DNA from: Bdellovibrionota bacterium
GTDB taxonomy: Bacteria; Bdellovibrionota_C; UBA2361; CAKMMH01
Length of the DNA: 64,000 bases
Direction: 5' to 3'
Assembly: GCA_050952645.1 (NCBI GenBank)
Contig: JBMNLI010000007.1
Location: forward strand, 1 to 64,000
The stretch's first letter is position 1. Each line of letters starts with the position of its first letter. The notes below the pieces were generated by a model, which searched no databases, was not told the origin of the DNA, and was given only the letters and a program-made list of their open reading frames with translations. Made by a program: the position numbers and the translations under genes. Of this stretch, positions 42,917 to 53,110 are shown piece after piece.

Positions 42917-44113
42917 ATGCCAAAATACGATTTAATAATTATAGGTGGTGGGAGTGCTGGGCTAGGAGTTGCAAAAGCTGCAAGCACGGAAAATAATAAA
43001 AAAATCCTACTTATAGATAAAGATAAATTATCATCAAAAACATCGAACGCAAGCTTAAGAATTATCCACGGCGGGCTTAGATACCTTCAAAATTTAGATA
43101 TTATTAGAGTATGCGAATCTCTTCACGCACAAGATAATCTCCTAAAAAAATATAATGATCATATAGAAAGATTACTATGCGTAATGCCTCTTAATAAATT
43201 CGGACTTAAAAGTAAATACCCGATGATATGCGGTAGCATTTTATATAATATAATTTCATTTTTAATTACAGGAAAATCTAACGGCGCATACGTCGGAAAA
43301 ATTAAAAATTATAAAAATGATATAGATATTATAAAAAATAAAAATACATACGCACTTTTTTGGCACGATGCATTACTAAAATCACCACTCTCATTTGCTG
43401 AAACCATAAAAGACGAACTTATTAAAAATAATGTAGAAATATTAGAAAATGAAAAAGTTTTAAGTATAAAAAAAGATAAACAAGATTTTATAGTAGAGAC
43501 TATAAATAACGAAACTATAAATAATAAAACTAGAAATAATAAAACAGGAAATAACGAAGCTAGAAATAATAAAACTAAAAATAATGAAACTAGCGATACC
43601 CAAGAATTTAGTGCAAAATACGTAGTTAATACTACCGGCCCTTGGCTAGAAGAGATAAAAACTAGCGATAATTTAAAAATATATAATAAAAATTATAAAT
43701 GGTGTAAAGCTTTTAATATTATACTAAACAAGAAAGCTAATTTTAAAGAAGCAGTTGGAGTGTTCGGCGAAGATAATAGAGCATTCTTTATAGTGCCTCG
43801 TGATGGCTTTATTTGCGTTGGCACTTGGTACGTGCCATTTAGTGGAGATTTAGAAAATATCGCCCCTTCAAAAGATGAGGTTCAAGCATTTATGTCTTCT
43901 TTTAATAAGGTTGATTTAAATGTAAAGATAACTCTAGATAATATAAAAGAATTAGAAGCTGGGATACTCCCTATGAAAAAAGTCGGAAAAGCAGGACCGG
44001 TTTTATATGGATTAGAAAAAATAAGCATAAACGATAACTACGTAAGAGTATTAAGCACAAAATACACGACATTTTTATCGCAAGGAAAAAAGGTTAAGAA
44101 GTTGATTAAGTAA
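42917..44113 (+). CDS. FAD-dependent oxidoreductase, GlpD (glycerol-3-phosphate dehydrogenase)-like
   Basis: DLIIIGGGSAG, TS.AS.RIIHGGLRYLQ, VVNTTGPW and KYTT; in-frame NNKTR repeats. Confidence 0.8.
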   Translation: MPKYDLIIIGGGSAGLGVAKAASTENNKKILLIDKDKLSSKTSNASLRIIHGGLRYLQNLDIIRVCESLHAQDNLLKKYNDHIERLLCVMPLNKFGLKSKYPMICGSILYNIISFLITGKSNGAYVGKIKNYKNDIDIIKNKNTYALFWHDALLKSPLSFAETIKDELIKNNVEILENEKVLSIKKDKQDFIVETINNETINNKTRNNKTGNNEARNNKTKNNETSDTQEFSAKYVVNTTGPWLEEIKTSDNLKIYNKNYKWCKAFNIILNKKANFKEAVGVFGEDNRAFFIVPRDGFICVGTWYVPFSGDLENIAPSKDEVQAFMSSFNKVDLNVKITLDNIKELEAGILPMKKVGKAGPVLYGLEKISINDNYVRVLSTKYTTFLSQGKKVKKLIK

Positions 44114-44276
44114 GAGGTTTGCACGTTTAGGTTTGCACGTTTTAAAGCGAGAAAAAAAATTAAAGCGAGAAAAAATTAAAGTAAGAAAAAAAATTTGCGA
44201 ATTTTAACTTAAAAAAATCGTGCAATATATATTTTTTTTTAAATGCTAAATAGCTTTTTATATTTTAGAATATTTT

Positions 44277-47200
44277 ATGAAAAATTTTTTTAAAAATAAT
44301 AAGATACTTATTTTTATATTATTATTTGCAGCAACGCTAAGGTTCTTAAATTTAGGCTTCCAAATAGGAAGCCACCCCGATGAGCGTGGGATAGTGATGA
44401 TTTCACTAAACACGGCTACAAATAATTATAATCCTCAAAACTTTCACTATGGACATTTCGTTTATTACTTGCTTTTTTTCTCATCACAATTTTTTAAATA
44501 CTTAAGCGGCACTTTCCCTAAAATAGAAATTTTTAAATTTTTATCATCTTACGACGGTGCATTTTATATAGGTAGAAGCTACGCCGTAGTGCTAAGTTTA
44601 ATTACAATTTTTTTTACATACTTATTAAGTTATAGATTGTTTAATAAAAAAATAGCACTATATTCTTCATTTTTTTTAGCGACTAATCCCTTTTTTATTT
44701 CTCTTTCTAGATATTATACGACAGATATATTCGTCGTATGCTTTATGGTAATGAGCGCTTACTACGCCTTAAAAGCATACGAGTTAAGTTCATACAAAAA
44801 TTATTTACTAAGCGTTTTCTTAGCATCTTTAGGCTTTACTAGTAAAATAAGCATAGCTATGCTTGTTTTCCCTTTAACGTATATTTTTATCTTGTTTTTA
44901 CTTAAGAACAAAAACTACAAATCTTTTAAATTCTATTTTCAATACGTTTTAGTTCCAATAGCACTAAGTCTTTTAACGATTTTTATTTTTGAGCCGTTTT
45001 TATTTTTAGATTTTAGTTCGTTTATAAAAGACAACAAGTTGCAACTAGATATGATTAAGGGAAAATATATGCCTCCTTACACGAGACAATATCTTGAAAC
45101 TAGCAGGGTTTTATACCATCTAGAGCAGATGCTTTTTTATACTATTAGACCAGTAGGCTTTATACTTATGATTTTAGGATTTTATTCTTTGTATGGTAAA
45201 TGTAGCAAATGCACTAAATATACTAAAAAAGAAAATTTTAAATTAGCAAAAATATTTTTATTCTTACTTGTAGTTCCCGCATTTTTAATTACTAGCACTT
45301 ATTTTGTAAAGTTTCCAAGATATTTACTAAGCATTTATCCATACCTTATGATTTTCGTAGCGTTAGGAGTAGTTTTCTTTAAAAATTATAAAGAAAAAGT
45401 GGTTGGAATTTTTGCTATAATTGTTTCAATTATTCTTGCGCTAGATAGCATTTCAATATATTTTAAAGAGCATTCATACGTTGTAGCTTCAAGATGGATT
45501 TATGAAAATGTGCCAAAATTTTCTACTATCGCAAATCCTCATTGGGATGATGTTTTGCCGCTTCATCTTCCTAATATTTCAGCAAGCGATTTTAAATATA
45601 ATTATCACACTAGAGAACAAGAGTTAGCTCTTTATGAAGAAAGCACTGATAGCAACTTAGAAAAATTTGCAAACACTCTATTAAATGCTGATTATATAAC
45701 GTTTCCTGCTGATAGAATGTTTCGTGGTATTTTAGATAAGTTTTCACAAAATAGAGAGTATTCAATAAAAATATTAAGTAGCCTATTTGATGGTTCTCTA
45801 GGTTTTGAAAAAGTCTACGTTTATAAATCGCTCTCTTTGTTATCGACGCTTGGAGTTTATAGCGATGATTTAGCTGACGAGAGTTTAACTGGATATTCAA
45901 ATCCTAAAACGTATATTTTTAAAAAAGTAAAGCAATTAAACTTAGATGAGTTAAAAGATACGATAAAAACGCCGAATAATAAAAAGATATTAGATAAAGT
46001 TTTAAAAGAGAAAAACTTTGATATCAATTCTCTCGTTGTAGATTTATCTACGCCTAGAAAATCTTCTACATTTTTTACTTCTATTTATTACATAATTTTT
46101 TGGCTTATCGCCGTCGACTTGATGTCGATGTATATATTGCCATTCTTATTTATAGTTTGTAAAAATTTTCGAGATAAAGGCTACGGAATATTTAGAGTTT
46201 TAGGCTTGGTAGTTTTTGCATTCGTAGTTTGGATATTAGCTATCGTATTTGGCTTTAAAATTACGAGATTTAATCTATTCGTCGTTTTACTTTCTCTTTA
46301 CGTAGTTTCATATTGGTTTGCAAAAATAAAAAATATAAAAATTTTAGATATTAAAGAAGCGTTCTTAAAAAATATACTAAAAATAGAAGTGTTTTATTTA
46401 TCTATATTTTTAATTTTTGCAATTTTTAAATTTCTTTCTCCTGAAATTGTGTGGGGCGAAAAAACTATGGACTTAGGTTTCTTAAATTATTTTATAAGAT
46501 TAGAAACTCTTCCTTGCGGCGACCCTTGGTCTGTCGGCAGTAAGTTATCTTATTATTTCTTTGGATATTTTACGTTTAGTCTAATACATAAATTATTCTT
46601 AATTCCTTCAGAATACGGCTTTAATTTATCGCTTATCTTATCGGCTTCAATGCTTGCAACATCGCTTCTTACATTGTTTTACTACTTTAAAAAATCGATT
46701 AATTTTTCAATCTTTGCATCAGCTAGCGTTTTGCTTCTTTCAAATCTTGAAATGTTTTATATATACTTTTTTGATAAAACTAAAGTGTGGCAATTAAACT
46801 TTGATTTATATTGGAAAGCCGCTAGAGTTCATGAAAAATATTCGCATGCTATAAGTGAGTTCCCTTTCTGGTCTTTTATTTTTTCCGACCTTCATCCACA
46901 CGTAATGGCGATGCCAATTTTTATTTGTATGCTTATATGCTTTGCTTATATCTACAAAGAAGAAAAATATAATAAATTATTTTTTATACTTTTTCCTATA
47001 ACTGCAGTAGTTTTATGTATGACAAATACTTGGGATGTAGTGTCTATTTCTTTTCTTGCAACCGTTTTTACGCTACTTTTAATATTTTTTAAATGTAGAA
47101 AATCTCTCTATGTAATAAAAACTTTTTTTATTTTAAGCATAATTTCATTAGTCTTCTTTTGCCCATTTTATCTTTATCATTTATCGGCTTCGGATAATAG

Positions 47201-48245
47201 TATAAATTGGGTTCAAGCTTCCGAGTTTCATAGAGCGTTTCACGTCTTTAGACATTTTGGCGTTTGGCTTTTTCTAATATTTTTAAGCTTTTTAGTAAAT
47301 ATTAAAAGCCTTCTTAAAAAAACTAGCCTACTAAAAATCTTCTTATATTTAGTAGCATCGAGCGTGCCTTTTATTTTCGCTAGCTTTTCGCCTTTTGAAA
47401 ACATTTCTTTAGGTATTCAAGCGATAAGTGCATCGTTAATTTTTATTGGGTTAATAAGTCTAGGTGATGATAATTTTTTAAGAAGTGTTTTTATCGTTAC
47501 CTTTGCTATCTTACTGTCTTTTACTGAGCTTTGTTATATTGCAGATAGACCTAACACGATATTTAAGTTTTATTTAGGGATGTGGTTTTTAATAGGAGTT
47601 GCTAGTCTTTTATCGTTAGAAGATATTTTAAAATATAAAATATCAATATTTTTGTGTTCAGTATTATTTTTTATAAGTTTAGCAAGCTCGTGCGTTATAT
47701 ATTATATAATGGCAAAACATACCCATGTAGGAACTGAAAAAGTAATAGGAACGTTAAATGGGACGGAGTTTTTAAAATCACGCTACCAAGACAGGCTAAA
47801 CGTTGTTTCTTATATAAATTCTCATATATTTAAAACTCCAGTTTTAATGGAGGCTTATGGGAAACCTTATATGCCAAACACCACTTTGCCGTACCAAAAA
47901 TACACTGGGCTTCCTATCGTTCAAGGATGGGCTCATCACACTTTTCAGCGTGGCACTAGTAGAGAAAGCATAGCGGAGAAAAAAAGAGATATAGATAGCT
48001 TCTATTTAACTTTAAATAAAAATGAGATTAAAAGAATAATAGATAAGTATAATATCTCTTTAGTAGTAGTAGGAGAAAAAGAACGAGAAAAATATCCGCT
48101 TCTTTCTAATGATGCTAGTAATAAATTTAAGCTATATAATGATATTTTTATTAGTTTATATTCCTCTAATGGTGAAGCGGTGTATTTAGTTCATAAGAAC
48201 AGGGCAGATTTTAAAAATTCGGTAGATTTTTTTGTTGGATATTAA
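44277..48245 (+). CDS. GT-C glycosyltransferase (PMT_2/ArnT-like) fused to a DUF2298 (Chlor_Arch_YYY-like) membrane domain
   Basis: N-terminal HPDE..NP..F.YG, KFPRYL and HWDD.LP; C-terminal GEKTMD, DPW..G...YYFFG, EFPFWSF...DLHPH, NTWD, NTIFKFY and TGLP...GW..H..QRG. Confidence 0.8.
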   Translation: MKNFFKNNKILIFILLFAATLRFLNLGFQIGSHPDERGIVMISLNTATNNYNPQNFHYGHFVYYLLFFSSQFFKYLSGTFPKIEIFKFLSSYDGAFYIGRSYAVVLSLITIFFTYLLSYRLFNKKIALYSSFFLATNPFFISLSRYYTTDIFVVCFMVMSAYYALKAYELSSYKNYLLSVFLASLGFTSKISIAMLVFPLTYIFILFLLKNKNYKSFKFYFQYVLVPIALSLLTIFIFEPFLFLDFSSFIKDNKLQLDMIKGKYMPPYTRQYLETSRVLYHLEQMLFYTIRPVGFILMILGFYSLYGKCSKCTKYTKKENFKLAKIFLFLLVVPAFLITSTYFVKFPRYLLSIYPYLMIFVALGVVFFKNYKEKVVGIFAIIVSIILALDSISIYFKEHSYVVASRWIYENVPKFSTIANPHWDDVLPLHLPNISASDFKYNYHTREQELALYEESTDSNLEKFANTLLNADYITFPADRMFRGILDKFSQNREYSIKILSSLFDGSLGFEKVYVYKSLSLLSTLGVYSDDLADESLTGYSNPKTYIFKKVKQLNLDELKDTIKTPNNKKILDKVLKEKNFDINSLVVDLSTPRKSSTFFTSIYYIIFWLIAVDLMSMYILPFLFIVCKNFRDKGYGIFRVLGLVVFAFVVWILAIVFGFKITRFNLFVVLLSLYVVSYWFAKIKNIKILDIKEAFLKNILKIEVFYLSIFLIFAIFKFLSPEIVWGEKTMDLGFLNYFIRLETLPCGDPWSVGSKLSYYFFGYFTFSLIHKLFLIPSEYGFNLSLILSASMLATSLLTLFYYFKKSINFSIFASASVLLLSNLEMFYIYFFDKTKVWQLNFDLYWKAARVHEKYSHAISEFPFWSFIFSDLHPHVMAMPIFICMLICFAYIYKEEKYNKLFFILFPITAVVLCMTNTWDVVSISFLATVFTLLLIFFKCRKSLYVIKTFFILSIISLVFFCPFYLYHLSASDNSINWVQASEFHRAFHVFRHFGVWLFLIFLSFLVNIKSLLKKTSLLKIFLYLVASSVPFIFASFSPFENISLGIQAISASLIFIGLISLGDDNFLRSVFIVTFAILLSFTELCYIADRPNTIFKFYLGMWFLIGVASLLSLEDILKYKISIFLCSVLFFISLASSCVIYYIMAKHTHVGTEKVIGTLNGTEFLKSRYQDRLNVVSYINSHIFKTPVLMEAYGKPYMPNTTLPYQKYTGLPIVQGWAHHTFQRGTSRESIAEKKRDIDSFYLTLNKNEIKRIIDKYNISLVVVGEKEREKYPLLSNDASNKFKLYNDIFISLYSSNGEAVYLVHKNRADFKNSVDFFVGY

Positions 48246-48365
48246 AATCGTTTTAAAAAAAAATTAAAGTTTTAATACTAAAATTTAAAAGCTAAAAATT
48301 TTTACAAGCTAAAATTTTAAAACAAAAATAGTATAAAAAATTTATTATAACAAAAGGAAGCTTAA

Positions 48366-50576
48366 ATGATATTACTATTATTTATATGTCTTTTAATGTT
48401 CGTGTTTTTATTCTTTTCAATTCCAGTTATAGAAGCGTCTTGTATATGTTATATAGCGATGGTTATTTTCTATTTTATTTTAGGGAAAATGGGAGTAGCA
48501 AGCAGTGCATCTATTATTATATCGTTTCTTCTTACATTGCTTTTATTGATATCTTTAAAAAAATTACAATCTGATAAAATTACTAAGGAAAATTTAGATA
48601 AAAAAAAATTTAATATAAATTTTAATATTAAAGAGTTAAATTATATTTTAGCGTTTGCTTTTCTTTATACTTGTTTTTATATTTTAAATTTATCTTGGGG
48701 AGATTTTATATCTATAGGAGAAAGGCTAAGGGATTATTCAATTTTAGCAAGCGTAATACATTCACCTATCGATGTAAAGGAGCCTTGGTTTTCGGGATTA
48801 ACTTTAAATTACTACGCTTTCTGGTATCGGGCAGGGGCTCTTGTAAGTTATGTGTTTAATTATGAAGTTTTTGAGACGTACCATATTTTATCTACGCTTA
48901 ACACGACTTTTTTCGTAATGCTAGTTTTCGTCATATTAAATAAGTATTTAAGTTTTTCTTTTTTTCGATCTGTGCTTCTTACTTTTTTAGTATTCCCAGG
49001 GAGTAATATTAACGGTATAAAATTCTTTTTTTCAGCCGATACTAATTGGTGGGGACCATCTAGAGTTATTAAAGGTGCCATTACGGAGTTTCCAGCTTGG
49101 TCATTCGTATTAGGAGATATCCATCCTCATTTTTTAAACTTATTATTTTTTCCTTTAATTGTTTTACTTTTACTTTCTTTTACATTTTCTAAACAAGATT
49201 TAAGGCAGGATTTAGAGCAAGATTCAAATCAAAACAAGATAAATAATATTTTATTATTTATATCTTTTTTTATTTATTCCAACTCTTTTCTCATATAATG
49301 CTAATGTTTGGGATGTTCCAATTTACTTATTACTGTTTTTTGGACTTTTAACCTTTTTATATATTTTAATTTCTTGTTATAAAAAAAGTTTTACATCTTT
49401 TAATAGCAAATTAAAAAAATAAGATAAATTTAAATCAATGTTTTTTAGCATTGATTATTTTTATTTTAATAGTTTCATTATATTTATCTTCTAGAAATAT
49501 TACTTCCGTTGGTGCGTCTTTAAAGTTTGTAAAAGGAGAGGTTGAAAGAACGACGCTTTATGAATTTATAGACGCTTTTGGAATGCAGTTTTTCTTAATT
49601 TTTGTAGGACTATTTTTACTTATAAAAAATAGGTGTGCAAAAGTTTTGCTTTCTATATTACTAGTAGGAGCGATACTGTTTTGTAAAGTAGCGCTTTTCC
49701 CGATAGTTATTTTGCTATGTTTTAATATATATAGAATACATGAAGATGTAAAAAGCAGTGATGATTATTTAAAAGATAATAAAAAGCTAGTGTTTGAAAC
49801 ATTAGGCGTAGTTTCTTTGCTTCTATGGGCAATTCCTGAAATTGTATATCTTCAAGATGGCTATGGTGTTTTACATGCTAGAATGAATACTATTTTTAAA
49901 ATTTATAGTGCTAATTGGGCTATTAGTTTTTTATTTGTTTTTTATTTAATAAGACGTGTTTTAGAAAAATATAAAGAAAGTAATAAAGAAAATTATAATG
50001 ATAATGAAAATTATAATAGTAAAAATAAGCAAGTCGTTTTAACTTTTAATATATTATTTTCTTTTATTTCGCTTATATCTGTGCTTTGTTTTTTTAAATT
50101 AATCGACTTAAGAAAAACGGATTATAAGGCTAGTTTTAAGGAAAGAAGTGCTGGGCTTATAGAGTTAAATAAGATAGATGGCGGTAAGTTTAGCGGAGTT
50201 AAAAACACGATAGAAGATTTAAGGACTAGAGAAAGGGGTGTGGTTTTAGAAGCGACTAATGGAGCTTATAATTACGCTTCTCACGTAGGAACGCTTTCAG
50301 GCAATACGTCATATTTAGGCTGGATAAACCATGTGGGGTTATTATATAAAAATCATGATGATATAAATATTAGAAAGCAGAATATAGATGATTTTTATAC
50401 GAAAATGAGTTGCTCTGAGAGGAAAACGGTTTATGAAAGATAATAATATATCTTACGTAGTTCTTGGGCCTTTAGAAAAGGAAGAATATAAGGATAGAAT
50501 AAATAATGATTTTTATTGTTTGAAAAATATTATACAATACGGAAAGTATAGTATTTTTATGCCCTTTACTTTTTAG
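48366..50576 (+). pseudogene. Second DUF2298-family membrane protein, split by frameshifts (possibly sequencing error)
   Basis: GERLRD, EPWFSG..LNYYAFW, EFPAWSFVLGDIHPH, NVWD, RMNTIFKIY and LGWINH; the last frame ends ...IFMPFTF* at 50576. Confidence 0.75.
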
Positions 50577-50743
50577 TGGAGATTTTCTTTTACGTCCTTT
50601 GCTTTTATGAGGGGGGTGGCTTAAAAGAAAATCGACACGAGCGAAGCTCTAGGGGCGATTTTCTTTTAAGGCCTATGCGTAATCGATGATAAGTGTGGGA
50701 ACTAAAAGTAAAGGGCTGTAATTTTTATGTCCTTTACTTTTTA
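50553..50743. repeat. Nested palindromic element with 23-bp direct repeats
   Basis: Direct repeats at 50553-50575 and 50721-50743, an inverted copy at 50701-50716, and an inner 15-bp inverted repeat at 50620-50634 / 50656-50670. Confidence 0.85.
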
Positions 50744-50798
50744 AGCATAAAGAAGCTTGTTTTTGTAAAGCAATAATTTTATAAAGGAATAATATTTA

Positions 50799-51770
50799 AT
50801 GGATAATCTTTATTTAGAAAAGCGCAAAGCTTCTCTGCAAAGTATTTCAGTAGTAGTTCCGTGTTATAATGAAGAAGAGGTAATTACAGAAACTTATAAG
50901 CGGTTAAAGGCAGTATTAAATAAGGTCGGTATTCCTTATGAGATTATTTTTGTAGATGATGGAAGTAAGGACAATACTTGGGGGTTATTATCAGAGCTTT
51001 CAGATAATGATAAATGTGTAAAAGCTATAAAACTTGCTAGAAATCATGGACATCAATTTGCACTTACTTGCGGGCTTGATCAGAGCAAAGGAGAGGTGGT
51101 GCTTATAATCGATGCCGATTTACAAGACCCTCCCGAGCTTTTAGAAGAAATGCTTGAAAAATGGAAGGAAGGCTACTACGTAATTTACGGCAAGAGGATA
51201 GCGAGAGATGGCGAGAGTCGCTCGAAGAGATTTTTTGCTTTTAGTTTTTATAGAATTATTTCAAAAATTTCAAAAATAGAAATTCCAAGAGATACTGGAG
51301 ATTTTAGGCTAGTCGATAGAAAGGCTTTAGATGTTTTGCTTAAGATGCGTGAACCGCAAAGATTTATTAGAGGCATGGTAGCTTGGATAGGTTTTCCGCA
51401 AACGCCTATTTTATACCATAGACAGGAACGCTTCGCAGGAAGCACTAAGTATCCTTTTAAGAAAAGTTTGCTTTTAGCCTTCGATGCTATTACATCTTTT
51501 TCATACGTGCCGTTAAGGCTTACTACTTATTTAGGAATGTTTTTCTCGTTCTTTTCATTTATATATTTTATAGTAGTAATAGTATTAAAATTTAAGGGGG
51601 TAAACTTTTCAGGATACACTTCTTTAATGGGAGCGATTTTAATGCTCGGTGGCATTCAACTTATAATGCTAGGAATTATAGGAGAGTATGTAGGAAGAAT
51701 TTTTCAGCAGGGGCAAAAAAGACCGTTATATATAATTCAAGATATAAAAGGAGAACCGTTTGAAAAATAG
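50799..51770 (+). CDS. GT2 polyprenol-phosphate glycosyltransferase (GtrB/ArnC-like)
   Basis: [34 protein letters not shown] and TGDFRL, with two C-terminal TMs and [10 protein letters not shown]. Confidence 0.92.
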   Translation: MDNLYLEKRKASLQSISVVVPCYNEEEVITETYKRLKAVLNKVGIPYEIIFVDDGSKDNTWGLLSELSDNDKCVKAIKLARNHGHQFALTCGLDQSKGEVVLIIDADLQDPPELLEEMLEKWKEGYYVIYGKRIARDGESRSKRFFAFSFYRIISKISKIEIPRDTGDFRLVDRKALDVLLKMREPQRFIRGMVAWIGFPQTPILYHRQERFAGSTKYPFKKSLLLAFDAITSFSYVPLRLTTYLGMFFSFFSFIYFIVVIVLKFKGVNFSGYTSLMGAILMLGGIQLIMLGIIGEYVGRIFQQGQKRPLYIIQDIKGEPFEK

Positions 51771-53066
51771 CAAAGAAAGAGTAGCTATCGTAGGAGCTGG
51801 ATTTGCAGGACTTGCTTGTGCATTCGATTTAGCAAAAAATGGGTTTGATGTTACTGTATTTGAAAAAGAAAGCGAAGCTGGAGGGCTAGCAGGAAGTTTT
51901 ACTTTAAAAAACGGCACATCCGTTGAAAAGTTTTATCACCATTTATTTACTACCGATAAAGATATTTATGATTTTCTAGAAGAGTTAGGTTTAAAGTCGA
52001 AATTAAGAGCGTATGAAAGTAAAACTGGAATATATTGCGATGATAAAATTTATTCACTTTCATCGCCTTTAGATTTATTAAAGTTTAAGCCGTTAAAATT
52101 TTAGAAAGAATAAAAATGGGATTAGGAGTGCTAAAAGCAAAGGCTATAAGAAGCTATCTTCGTTTAGAAGATATGTTTGCAACTACTTGGCTAAAAGATA
52201 ATTGTGGAAAAGAAGCTTATAAGAAAGTTTGGCTTCCACTATTAAAGGGCAAGTTTGGTGATTGCTACGAGGAGATTTCTGCCGTTTGGATATGGAATAA
52301 ATTTAAGTTAAGAGGCGGTAGTAGGAATAATGGAGGACACGAAGTTTTAGTGTATTTTGAAAATGGATTTAAGGAAATAATTAGTAAAATATGTAGCAAG
52401 CTTGAAGCACTCGGAGTTAAGTTTTTATTTGATAGTCCCGTAGATAAGGTAGAAAAAGAGGGCGATGAGTTTTTAGTTTATTCTAATGGGAGTGTGTATA
52501 ATTTTAAAAAACTTTCGTTTACTACATCTCCTAAAGATTTTGTAGATGTAGTAAAATTTTTGCCTACCGATTATAAAAACTCTTTAATGCGTATTAGGCA
52601 TTTAGCAAATATTTGTTTAGTTTTAGTTTTAGATAAAAAATTTTCAGATATTTATTGGCTAAATGTAGCAGATGAGAATTTTCCTTTCGTAGGGATAATA
52701 GAGCATACTAATTTTCATAGTAGTGAGCATTACGGTGGAAAGCATATATTATATTTATCAAAGTATTTAAAAGAATACGATGTGCTTTACTCTTATTCAA
52801 AAGAAGAGCTAGTAGACTATAGTTTAAAGTTTCTACAAAAAATAAATCCAGATTTTAAAAAGGATAGCATAGAAGAAGCGTATCTGTTTAAGTCTAAGTG
52901 TAGCCAACCAATTATTGAAAAGGAGTATTCTAAATTATTATTTAGCATGAAAACTAAGGTTGATAATTTGTTTTTTACCTCGATGGCGCAAATTTATCCT
53001 CAAGATAGGGGGACTAATTTTGCGGTTAAGTATGGAAGAATGTTAGCTAAGGAAATGTTAGGATAG
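51760..53066 (+). CDS. FAD/NAD-dependent oxidoreductase (HemY/amine-oxidase-like), split by a 1-nt deletion in a T-run near 52100
   Basis: [26 protein letters not shown] and [10 protein letters not shown]; adding one T restores LKFLERIKM. Confidence 0.8.
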
Positions 53067-53110
53067 TTTTAGCTAAAATTAACTTAAAGGATAAAAGGAA
53101 AGTTTATTAA

